A stretch of DNA of 64,000 bases from Epiperipatus broadwayi (lineage: Eukaryota > Animalia > Onychophora). How positions within the stretch are numbered: position 1 is the first letter of the stretch; each line of letters opens with the position of its first letter. The DNA lies in contig JAQFVV010000006.1 of NCBI GenBank assembly GCA_028023455.1, forward strand, positions 1,364,001 through 1,428,000, read 5' to 3'. Below the pieces are notes generated by a model that worked only from the letters and a program-made list of their open reading frames with translations, was not told the origin of the DNA and searched no databases. Of this stretch, positions 12,591 to 24,971 are shown one piece after another. The position numbers and the translations under genes were made by a program.

Positions 12591-15500
12591 CTGTAATCAT
12601 GAAAAAATAAACAATTTGCTGCTGAAGTATATACAAAAAGGCAAAATTGTCTCACGTGGTCTGCTGCAAAGCAAAACTGTTAAAATATTCCACCATTAAG
12701 AAACATAAAGGAGATGATAATTATCACCAGGATGATCAAGTGGTAACAGTTTTTACTTTTCTTTGCATAACTTACTTTGTATATAATAACACCTTTAAAT
12801 TCATTTATGGTTCAATAATTGAAAACCTAATTAGACTGGATTACCTAGTTGAAAAAAAAAACTTACATTTCATCATGGCAGGATATTAATCTCTAGTAGT
12901 ATAAATGATTATACACTTAAGTCATGAAGATTGCTATTAGCTATGGTAGAGTAATCCAGATAAACAATAGAATAGGATTACTATTTTGCTTTTTAATTAT
13001 CTAACTGCCAAACATTTTTAAAGCATGAAAGTTATATAATTGCAATTTACATAATACTTAAGAAAACATTATGTAAGGTGAGCATAATTATATGACATAT
13101 TTCAAAGATCTTATTTAAATTAATATTTAATAAATAACATTATAGATTTAGAGTTAAATACAAGTCTATGTACGTACACAGAAAAGGAGCCCTATTTAAG
13201 AAACAACTCTGCTTATCTGTTAAATTGTTTAATATATTTTTTTAGATTTCCCCCTAAAGTCGATGACATGGAAAATAAAAGAGAAATTTAATGGTGGAAC
13301 TCTTGGTAAGACACTTTAAGTTATCAAAATAAAAACAAATAATACAAGCACAATAGTTCCCAATTTGTGGAAATTATCAGCTCTATAATTTGTAATATAA
13401 CCCGAGTTATGTCTAAGTAAGAAAAAATACAGATCTTTATACCTGTGATGTATAAAAGCTTGTCTTCTTTGAATAAGTACATTTACCAAGCATTATCAAA
13501 ATTGATCATGTTTTATAAATTTCTAATACTTAAAAAACAACGGATGCCCCGTAATTAATCATGCAGAGGGGTTGTGGTCCAAAAAATTGCACCGGAGGTT
13601 GCATGTACCTTTTCCTTAATAATATTTGCAGAAATGTGGGCTGGGGTGTTTAAAAAATCCTACAAATTTGCCATAATAATATTTAAATAATAAAATACAT
13701 GATTTTTTTTATTTTCAGTTACAATCAAGAAATTAAATTATTAAAGAAATATAAAAGTATAAAGACCATTGCCCAAAATATTGTGCTAGTGCTTGGGTAA
13801 ATATCTCTCCCCCCCCCCCCAAACACTAAATTTGCTTTTATTATATTTATATAATAAAACATGATTTTTAAATTTATTTTTAATTACAGCCTACAAATTA
13901 TTTTCGCAACTATAGCAATTATGATTTTAGAGATTGCCAAAGCCTTCAGATGTAATTTACTATCAAATATCACGCATCGTTATAAAACACATACTATAAG
14001 CAATATGACGACTTAAATATTACGGTTTAATATTAGTCACACACAAAATGGGGAGTTAAGTCATGATCCTAAATGTACGCACAAATATTTTACAAAAAAA
14101 AAATTGTTATCTCTCAGATCAACCATGGCTTTTGGCGATTAACAATATTATAATCAATAAAGTTAATCCTTTTTTTAAAAAACAAAACAAAAAGATATTA
14201 AAAAAGTAAGTCAAAAAGAGATAAAAAAAATTAAGTTAAATTCTTATTCAAGTTTGAACAATACTGACAAAGTTGAATTATTTTTCTGCTAATAATAGGG
14301 AGAAAAGTTTATCATCACTCTAGAGGAGAAAGAAATTAAATTAGTATGACATTAAAATAATCTGCTGTAAGATATTTGTTTCTTTTCATATACAGGTAAA
14401 GTTTTGCAGTTCCTCTACATATTTAAGCATAAGACGATAATTTATTATGACAAAAATACTAAAAAAAAAAAAAATGTTATGGATAAATTAATAAAATAAT
14501 TTAAATATAATTTTTATCTTAATTACCGATAGAAAAAGTTACAATGAGAACGGGAGTATATGTGTAGAATAAAATGAAAACACACACACATCAACATATT
14601 TGTTTTATAATAAAAAAATCATACAGTTAGTAATTTTGGTGGTATATAAAAAAAAAAATAAATAGAAAAAATAAATCATTCTAATTAATTATTATTACTT
14701 TAAAGAAAAAAAAAAAAATAGTTTTAATTAGTCTTGTTGAATAAGATATTATGTTAGAGTGCTGGTGGAAAATTTTAGATTTTAATAGTGCGATATGTGA
14801 AGAAGGCAGGAAAATAAAATAAAAAATAATCTACACTTTTGTATTGAAAAGTAGCAGAATATTTTTACCTTCAGGACTGATAATAAAACAATTATATATA
14901 TATTTTTTTAAATTTATAAGAAACATGAATTTTTGAACTTAAGAAAGAAGGGTCTACTTTCTTCTTGTTGGATAGATTTCCAAGGAATTGACGAAATAAG
15001 AGTTTAAAATTAAGTCTCTCACATTCAAATTTATTTAATAATTATTCTAGAACGGAATCATCATTGCATAAAATATTAAGACACCAACCCAAATACTAAT
15101 TACATCAATTAGTAAACAAAGCCATCAGAAGCATCGCTATTGGATCTCAAAGTCAAGAAGGAAAAAGATGTCAGACCGTGGCAAAATGAATTAAACAATT
15201 CATAATAGAGCATTTTGTTTTTTTTTTTTTTAAAAAAACGTCGTAAAAGTGATAATTTTATTTATTATTATTATTTTCTTTATTCCAAAATATTATTAAT
15301 AAGAAAGGTAATTAACTAAAACTTGAAGGGTAGCATTTCATATTTTTTTAAATGATTACTATTATTATTTAAAATTATTTAATTATAATAGGGTTTTAAA
15401 AGGAAAAAATTTTCTGGATAAAAAAATATGTTTTGATTTTTTAATATATACATTTGTTGATATCAAACATATATCAAGATTTAAATAACAATATTACTCC

Positions 15501-16042
15501 TTGAATAAAATAAACTTTATTGCCTAAAACTGAATAAATATTTATATATTTTTTTATAAACTGGTAAAAAGATCTTCACTTGTCATGGTCTTATAATTTA
15601 TGTCTTTACTTGATAATCATTAATGGAAATACATCTATTAAATTTTACTTTAGAGAATCAAGATTTCACTTTTTATCTGTAAGTTAAATAGATGTATTAT
15701 TGTATATGCTGAGCAAACTTATCAAATCAAATATTTTATCTAGAGTGACTCTGAAGTGTACAAGTTATAATAATGCCCCGATGAAGATAGTAATATTTAT
15801 TTTATACGTTAAGAAGAATGTAAGTATATAAAGAAAATATTTGATATGTTTTTGCTAGCGTAAAGATATTTTCCATTTTTAAGGATACTACAATTAAATG
15901 CCATAATAAGGCAAATATTCTATAGAACATGGGTAGTGAAATTTATAAAAAAATATTATAATTACTGTTATTAATTCAAAATAGTCATAAAATTTCTAAG
16001 TTCATATGAGAAATATTTAAGAATTCATCATAGGTTATAGAT

Positions 16043-16747
16043 TAGTGTTTCTCAACCTTTTTTCTTTTTGCGGACTGCTTAAGATTCTAGAAAAAAATAT
16101 TGTTAAAATGAATTATCATTTTTTTATATTTTAATATCTGACATTATATATATATATCACTGGCTCAATTCCTGAAATACACGCTGTTCTTTTTACTCAC
16201 TTGTCAATGACATAATTCTAGTTAATACAAAAAAATAAATAAATCACCGATTACCGAGCATATAAGAAATATTGATTATCTATAAAAAATACATTTATAA
16301 AATCACAAATTATAAAAGTATTATAATGTTAATCAAGAATAATTAATAAATATTCCATAAAAAATCACAAAAAAGTCATACCGATTAATTCAAAAATTAA
16401 GTCATATAATAACTGAAACACAGGTTTATTATATACCTGTGTCTATATATGTCATATAATAATTTATGCTTTTGATTTTACTGTTTCTCTAATATACTTC
16501 AATGTCATTACAATAAATAACTCATAAATTGTTTCCTTTTTATTTTATTGTATTTTTATAGAATTAAAATAAAACAAAAGTTCAAAATTATTAGTTATTT
16601 AAAAATGTATCATTTTGTGAAGTCTGACTAATGGGGCAAATTGCACAATATGGTGGAACCTGCATGAGATCAGAGACATCATTAAACTAAGGATATTTTT
16701 AATGCACCAGTAAAAATTTTTTCTGCAGACCGGCAGTTGAGAAACAG
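16043..16747. mobile_element. Probable hAT-type MITE
   Basis: Ends TAGTGTTTCTCAACC and AGTTGAGAAACAG, flanked by TTATAGAT / TTATGGAT (7/8 match, 8-bp TSD-like). Confidence 0.5.
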
Positions 16748-17919
16748 TTATGGATGATAAGCATAAACACATAATAATAGTAATTGGAATGCATGATCAA
16801 AATGATGTGTGTTATTGTTTTGCAAATACTTCAAGTTTGCTTTAGAAGTGTGTATGAATTTTGGTAATGGAATATAGATTTATTTGACATTCATATACAT
16901 AAAATTCAATGTATTTTTTCTTGAATAAAAGGATATAGAAGATAAAGAAAATATTTAGATAAAAATTTTAAGACAGATAAAATGATAGTTTGGAATGTTA
17001 ATCACACCAGGAATTCACTTATTTACTTCACTATTATTTATTTATTTGGTTTATTGTTGATTTAATTTGTATTATATTTTATTCATATATGTTTTGTAAA
17101 TTACTGTTAGTTACATGGTGGTCCTTATTCCCATTTTTTCATTTATTTTATTTTGGGGTTTATACATCTCTCCGAGTGCCAGAAGTTTCTCTGGTTCATA
17201 ATATAATTTCATCATGTGCTCCTTTATTATTACTAACATAACAACCAAAAATGTGTTTGGCATAAGAATTAGTGTAATGAGGGTAAGGAGATTTAACATG
17301 AGTATGCACTGGGTAAATATCCCGATTTGCATGGCGCTCATAAATTAGAAATGATTGCAAGTTAGGATAAGTAGATAATTTTTGATTCACAGATTATATG
17401 TTTTAATGTTCATGTTTCTGAGTAAACCAAAATACATTATATAATTTGGAGTATGACATTGAGTGTGTTCTAATTTTGTCATTGATAACTTGAGAAATCT
17501 CCTCTTATTCCTACCATCCCAATACATTTATATTTTGAAGAAAATTACTTTAAATATTATAAAGAATGTTTTGCAACTACATCATTACATCTTAAAAACA
17601 CAGCATATAGAAAAAAATTTTCTTTAAATTTATGCCACAAATATGGATTTACAATGTTGGTTTTAAAAAATTACTTATACTTAAAAATATCATATAGTTA
17701 ACACTATGTTGATTTATATATGCAGGGCACTACACTTAAGGATACGGTAGAATTAACTATTAAATTTCTTAAAACATTTTTATAATAAAAACAAAATAAA
17801 AATATGTACCAAAAAATTAAAAAATATATTCAACTTCTACTGCACATTAGCACAAACTGTTTCAAAAAATATTATTGTTTATTAATAAATATGTAATATA
17901 GGGAGGGTATCAATAGCTC

Positions 17920-18118
17920 TAACAGGCTTTTATTGATAAGTGCAGCAAGAGAATGCATTTAAAATCTCTATCTAGAATATTCCCATCCCCAAACCGATCA
18001 GCTTCGAGCTTATGGCTCACCTCAGTGAGGAGCTAGAACCTTCAGACACTAGATAAAAGATTTTAAATGCATTCTCTTGCTGCACTTATCACTAAGAGCT
18101 TGTTAGAGCTATTGCTAT
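17920..18118. repeat. Hairpin (arms about 60 bp, 33 bp perfect) enclosing a variant F1 hammerhead motif on the minus strand (about 17985-18032)
   Basis: GATAAGTGCAGCAAGAGAATGCATTTAAAATCT is inverted. Loop minus: TCCTCA-CTGAGGT-GAGC-CATAA-GCTC-GAAGC-TGATC. Confidence 0.75.
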
Positions 18119-18231
18119 GCTCCATATATTACAAATTGGTAATACAAGCATAAAGAGCAAAGTTACACGATATGTGACTTGCTTTACTGATTATTAAATA
18201 TGTACACGATTACATGCAAACACAAACTTAC

Positions 18232-18422
18232 CTACATCGGCAGCCTACACAAGATACAAGTTGTGCAAGCATACTTAGTATTTCTTCGTTGGATACCACT
18301 AAAGCAGCTTCAACTTCTTCCTTTGTCAAAGAGTTATATTTTCGTGCAAAAGATTCCAATTCTTTTTGTTTAAAACGAGAATGATCACAAGCTATACACG
18401 ATTCACTAAATTGCATTATTAA
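18232..18422 (-). CDS. GGNBP2: GGNBP2 coding exon 2 (LIMQFSESC...LAQLVSCVGCRC)
   Basis: ORF track 18228..18416. Poly-T tract then TAG acceptor, and AG|GTAAGT donor. Matches LSQLVPCVGCRRS of GGNBP2. 191 nt, phase 0 to 2. Confidence 0.95.
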
Positions 18423-18549
18423 CTATAAAAAAAAAGGAAAAAAAAAATTTTTAATACACATACAATTAGGCATATTACTTCTATTAATGTCAAATGTTCG
18501 AGTAACGGATTTCAACAATCTAATATAGTAAGTATTATGAATTCTCAAA

Positions 18550-18947
18550 CAGAAATATTATTCATTATTGGATAATCTCTATGTCTAATGAATGACTAAA
18601 AAATTATTAATATATGTGCAGCACATGCGACACATCAATTAATCTGTAGTAATTTGCTATCTAGATATATACACTAAAGAATGATAAATGATATGTGTAA
18701 GAGATTATGATTTGGGCCAACTGATGAATGCTGGTTCAGCACAATATGTATATCTTGGGATCATAGATCTTTTTCTTGTCTTTGATCACGTTTATGATTA
18801 CATTACTCCATAAGGTGTAAAAGTGGATAGAACCAGTCCACCCTATCTTGTGCGAGAGTGGTATAATGAAAATTACACTACAGAAATATTATTCATTATT
18901 GGATAATCTCCAGTCTAATGAATGACCAATAAAAATTATTAATATGT
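18550..18947 (+). mobile_element. Hammerhead family F4 copy (motif 18717-18758) between about 65-bp direct repeats 331 nt apart
   Basis: CAGAAATATTATTCATTATTGGATAATCTC at 18550 and 18881. CCAA-CTGATGA-A-TGCTG-GTT-CAGCA...TATC-TTGG. Homologous to 43285-43355. Confidence 0.6.
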
Positions 18948-19299
18948 TTTTATTTTTTACATTCAATAAAAGATGATACTAAAAGAATTTGATTTTTCAC
19001 AATGATAAGAACTTAAAACAGGCAAATGCCTGAAGTGGCAAGATCTCTAAGTAAATGATTATTAAATGATGATTAAAGGTCTTTTCAGATATCTCTATAA
19101 AGAAATACCACAAAACAAAGATGACTCTCAATAGACTATTTGAATTTTTCCTTGTTATAGTCTAACTACTAATAACTGAATGCACATCAAAAACAAAAAT
19201 TAGATAAAGCTGTTTGTTGTTCCTCAAATTTGTTTAATAATCTGTACTAAAGGTGGACAAATTTATCCATTTGGAAACAATCAGGCAGTATTGATGGGA

Positions 19300-19620
19300 A
19301 AGTACAAAACAAGGGTTAATATGAAGAAAATCTTTCATTCAATTTGGCAACTAGAAGACCATGATATGATAATAGCAAATAATTATATTCTATATAAGGA
19401 TATGAATTAAAGTATCAGGTTGATTATTTTGAATACCCAGGTCAAACAGATACTAAAAGCATGAACTATGAAAAAAAACCACTTGATATCAGTCATTGGT
19501 TCTTGATTTCTGCAATAAAATCATGAAGTGTATTTGGTCAATTGCTTTATAAGGAGAAGATACTTGGAGTCTTAAAGTTAATGATATTAAAAGACTGGAG
19601 CCTATTAAAACGAAGAAAAA
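19300..19620 (+). mobile_element. Decayed LINE RT C-terminal fragment
   Basis: Remnant LLY...TWSLK..DIKRLE motif near 19545-19600. Confidence 0.4.
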
Positions 19621-21299
19621 AAAAGGAGAAAATAAGATAGGTATAAAAAAAAAATCAAATGATGATAATCTGATAACAAAAGGCAGATCCCTAATTTTTC
19701 AATTAAGACAAGAAGGTTAAATTGTAGTCATATATATTGAAACATTCCAATGTAATCAGAAACGATAGAAGGAAGATACCTGGGAAAGAATTAGGAGGAA
19801 GACTTCATTTCACTTTCATAACCCAACAATGAAAAGACAATACTATTTGAAACTACACTGAAAACTAGAAGATACAAATCAGTAAATAAATTTAATGAAT
19901 TTATCGCTTTATTGAGCAGTAAATTTCTCTACAAAATAAAAATTCTTACAATAGTAAAATTCAATACATTTACCAAAAGGCAATGATCGGAAGTTTGAAA
20001 CAAAAGCCAAAATAGAGCACACAATGTTTATGGCATTTGCTTCAAAAATTATATGTAACCAAATAATCGAGTCAAATTTAAAATAAATCAATTTATAGCG
20101 ATGGCAGTGCAATCTATTTCACAAACCCACTCTAGAATTCAGTAAATAGGAGAAATCAAGTGATATTAAATGTTTATGCCAAAGAGACCTCCAGATTTAA
20201 TATATTATCATCATCATCGGCAGTTATTCTTAATTGAATACAACCAATCCAATTCCAGAAGATAGAGAGACAAAAAATCGAAAAATAACAATGTCAACAA
20301 GATGTTGCTCGGGTACGACATAAATCAGAAATATTCTGAATAATTTTAGAAATCATCTTAAATATGTAAAATCCATAAGCAAACATTTGAAAAATGAATT
20401 TATTAAAAAAAAACACTCTTTTAATTGAAGAATATGGCAGTATATCTTTTAATATTAAAAAGCAACTGATAATATTAAGCAAAAATTTTGGATAGTTTGT
20501 TTTCAGTATTAATTAAAAAATATTTTCATAATCTTAAATAAAATGAATTAAGGGGAAGCTATACTATTAAAAATCTACTTTGGGCACACATTTTGACAAT
20601 AAATTTGTTTAGCAAGCTGTTATAATTAATAAAATATACAGAAATAAAAATTTAAAATGGATCAACAAGCGTTTATATAAGTTAGCACTACTTCGTAGAG
20701 GCACACCAAAATGAATAACCTAAAACAGCAAATGTTAACCTTTATTGATGTGCAAACTATTTTTCTGCTTTTAAAGTAAAGGTATATAGATCAAAAACAA
20801 AATAATAAATGAATACAATGGTAGGTTACATGTTAGATTGGAAAGAGATGAATAAATTACATATGTTACATTTATACAAAACATGTCAAAATTACTTAAA
20901 ATGTATATGAATTCTTGAATTTTATATAAAATATATGATTATATGCTATAGATAACAAATTAGATTAAATACATGTGGTTAGATGATTGTTTAGACTTCG
21001 TATATAATTTTGAAGATACTGAGATAAGATTCTACATAGTTGAATAATTATCAGGTGAGTTGCAGTTTAATCTCTTGTTCAAATATAATGATTGTAATTT
21101 GCTTTTGAGCGCAAAATGTCATCTTAAAAAACACAAATCAAAGATGATGAATATTGTGGCTCTATTGTTTGGACACAGACTCCTATCTTGACTATCAATA
21201 AGTTCATTTAGAGATGTATATATGTGATTGAATTATGTTAATTCAGGCAAAGAAATAAGAAATAAGTAGTGTTTTCATCTCTCCACATAGTGATCAATG

Positions 21300-22860
21300 T
21301 CAGTCTCTTTCTTGTTAAAATGAAGGAATTGATAGAAAGGTTTTGAATCATATTTTTAAAACCGAATGTTTGAACTTTCTAATAATCTGATGAACTATTT
21401 TCAGATTGATTTTCAGCTGAGCCAACTAAAAAACAATACCGTAAATTAACAAGTAAACAGAAAATTGGACCAGCATATTCTATATGTAGATATATTTGTG
21501 GTTCACACATTGGCTTGTATAGCTACTGCAGAACTCATTTTTAAAATATTTTTTTCTCCTTTCACCCCTCCCCCTTTGGTGTTGAAATGACCATATCCAT
21601 TTTTGAGTGTTGTTTTGAGTCAAAATACTGAGTAAGAAGCTTTTTCAAAGGTTGATGGGTAGGCTACTCTTTCGATATATAAACCATTAATTAGAAGCCA
21701 CAGTTCGTTTAAAAGAAAATAATAATTGAGTCAGAACTGATATACATCTACTTAAAGGATAGAGTTATGGTTCTTCAAACTCACATTTGACATTTCTATT
21801 ATCAGTTATCAAACGATTAAAGATAATAGCATACCCCCACCAAGATTTGCATTTCATAGTGAATAAGCAATGTAAAATGAAGAAAATTAAAGTAGTAAAC
21901 CGATATAGGAATTACTACCATCTTTGGGATTGAGAATCTTTCCATCACATTCCTTAGTTTTTGAGATATCGGATAGTTTCATAATAGCCTCTTAACTGCA
22001 CATATCATTTTTCTTCTCAGGTTCTAGATCAAATAACTTATTTTGGTTGGGAATTAACAATGATTAGATTTATCAAGATAAGCATATGGCACATATTTAT
22101 ATGTGTTATAGGTGAACTAAGACATCCACAAAATGGTATTTCAAACTTGGAAAAAGGTTTAAAATAAAATAAGATGAGCACTTTCAGTTAACCATAAGAG
22201 AAAGCTACTAGCCATAACCATGAGCCATTAACAGATTCATCATTTTGGCTACCCTGATCAGAACTGTAGAACTTTGAAGGATATTTGGTAATATTTTCAA
22301 ATATAAAGAAGTTCAGCTGATTTGCAGCGAATGTAATGATAGCAAACAAAATTAAAAAGGCATTATAATAATGTTCGCTGAATGCATATGAAAACATGCA
22401 TACTTAAATACTATGAGTAAAAAGAAAAAAAAAAGCACTAAACCAGCAATAATGGGTCATATTTCACCAAGATTAACCTAATGTGGCTAAATAAGATGAT
22501 CAAAGAATGCAAATATTCTGGCAGTCAATAAAATATGTTCAAAGAAAGCAGTAAATATATCTAATTGCATCCAAAATAACGTAAAACTTATTTCTGGGTT
22601 ATGAATATTGTCAACTCTATGTATTCTAAGGTTTTCATCTGATAATTGAAAGTTAACCATTAGGCTTGGATAGTACTTGGATGGATGACAACGCAGTATT
22701 GTAGGCCTGCCATTTTTTGGCCCAAGTAGTTTACCATAAGTGGGAAATGGAAGAGTCCCAGCTGAAAGTTCAAATTAATTCTCACCGAGTTAACATAAAA
22801 CAAAAAGTTTCATCTGTACTTATATTTTGAATTATTTCCACCTCTAGTTGAATTATTGTT
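21300..22860 (-). mobile_element. Decayed non-LTR retrotransposon, endonuclease/linker region
   Basis: Weak AP-endonuclease-like and WWG motif remnants on the minus strand, with many stops. Confidence 0.35.
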
Positions 22861-23070
22861 AAAGGTTTGTAAATAAATTAAAACTTTGTAAGTTTTGTAC
22901 AAAATTCAAACATTTATATTTTTGTAAATGCATTCGTCTGTAAATAACAATACATAGGTTAGTATAAAACCCAACACTTTGGGCGGTATTTATTCCTCTC
23001 TTTTCATCAGATGACCAGAAACAGCCAGCATGGAAAATGAACCCATAAACTTGAGGTACATGAATACTGT
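22860..23070 (-). mobile_element. Decayed copy of tRNA-headed hammerhead family F5
   Basis: Minus: GGGTTCATTTTCCATGCTGG (B-box-like)...CTGATGA-AAAGAGAGGAATAAATACCGCC-CAAAGTGTTGGG-TTTTATACTAACC, collinear with 46240-46340. Confidence 0.55.
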
Positions 23071-24299
23071 ATGTAAGCTACCAATGGTTTTTAAACAACT
23101 AAACTATTCATACTAATTTAACAGAACTTTTAAAGCTCCATCTATCATGCTCAAACATCATGTCTTCTCAAGAAATTAAACGTTTTTTTTTCTATGCGTA
23201 CAGTAAAAGAATTGAAGTTTAAAAGCTATTACGTGAATTTGTCTTCTAGTTAAAATCTATAGATTAATAGTTAGTTGTTTAATTAGACAAAAAAACAAAC
23301 AAACAACTATTTCACTTAATAAACAATGCTTTATCAAGTTACATTAAAAATCACTTGAAATTATATGTAACAGTATCCTGTTCTGAAAAATGATAAAAAT
23401 TTTGATAGGGAGATCCTCTAAGCATAGTCACCTTGTAACTTAATTTCTTTAACACAGAAAGGCAACCAGAAATGTTGAAGAAATTTTCTACTCTTAAAGT
23501 AAACTATTGTAAAAAAAAATAAAAAAATCCATGCGCTTCACTGAAATTCATTTTTAATAAAATAATCAAAATATAACAAAACTAGCATTTAAACTCTGGA
23601 CTGACAGAAACAATTCATCCTACACTGCTAATTTAGGGCAAACGTGAGCAATCAACAGCTACCACATTTAAGCACTAACCTATTTGCAGAGTATGCAATA
23701 TTACCTGGAACTACTTCGCATATTCAAATAATAGTCTCAAGTTATTGTTGGCCTTTGTAGGAACTAATAAAAAAATTTAAATGTTAAGTTATGAAGTTCA
23801 TAAAATGCTCGGCTTGGTAGGTACAATCCTTTTGCCAAGTGGTCAAGGGTACCTATAGTTATATCTCAGTTCACTAACATACATAGTTGCTGATCCAGAG
23901 TTAAACAGATATGCTTAAATAAGCAGATCAATTTGGATTCATAACCTTCGGATATTTGAATATTTTGAGATATTAGATTGAATAATATGAGTAAAAATTG
24001 ATGCTGGATAGACATGTACAATCCAATGTTCATCACCGGAAATCAACGGCTAAACACCAGTATGGAGATCTGTTTAACACTACCGCCTGATTTCTGCCCA
24101 TTATTCTTGCTAATGTAGATAATTCTTGAGTGCAATAGTGTATTAATTTTATGATAATATTAAGAACACAGTATAACAATCTTTTAAGGACATCTGAAAC
24201 AGTAATTTTATATTCTCTGAAACCAAAAAAAAAAAATGTTTAGATATTTAGATGAAAATGTATTACAAAAAATAACATTTCATCATTAATTGCTAAATT

Positions 24300-24540
24300 A
24301 CTACCACTAATGGAATAATTTAGGTCTTCAGACCAGCAGCTTTTGGCGGAAAGATGCCCGAACTTGATAGTTTAGAGAAAGTAAAAGTTGTAGCAAGGTT
24401 TCAGTAGATGAACCTACTAGTACCACAGGGTTTACTATTTTTTTTAAAGCCATGTTCATCAACCGCATCAAAGGATTTTTCTCTGATCATTTCACATGTT
24501 AAGGTTTGGGTTTTCAGACTAGTGTTGTATCATTCCTCAG
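24300..24540 (-). mobile_element. LINE reverse transcriptase fragment
   Basis: Minus translation EKSFDAVDEHG (D..KAFD.V.H motif). Confidence 0.45.
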
Positions 24541-24687
24541 TCAAAATATCTAATGAAATGACCAATTTATTCTATCAAATGCTTTTCAATAATAACATCT
24601 ATATATAAATACAAACATGCACATGTACCAGTTTTAATTTTTTACCTATGTTATATTTCTTAACCAGATGGAAATCAGTCATGTACC

Positions 24688-24971
24688 TATCATACCATTT
24701 CCAACCTTCTTATACACTTAACGATACTATTTTTTTACACCAAAACTTTATTCTTATAGTTTCGACTATTCTGCAGTCATCATCAGAGATCTTTATAATC
24801 CTATTTCCAAAAACCAACTGACAGATTTTCAAAAATTTGTCAAATGGTGTTTGGAAATAGGATTATAAAGATCCCCGATAATGACTGCAGGATAGCCAAA
24901 ACTGTAAGAATAATGTTTTGGTGTAAAAAATAGTATTGTTAAATGTATAAGAAGGTGGAAATGGTATGATA
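24688..24971. repeat. Fold-back (arms about 128 bp, loop about 28 nt) with F2-type hammerhead at 24752-24789 (-) and a decayed mirror copy
   Basis: Minus: TCT-CTGATGA-T-GACT-GCAGAAT-AGTC-GAAAC-T-ATA-AGA. The mirror arm retains GTA at the cleavage triplet. Confidence 0.8.
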
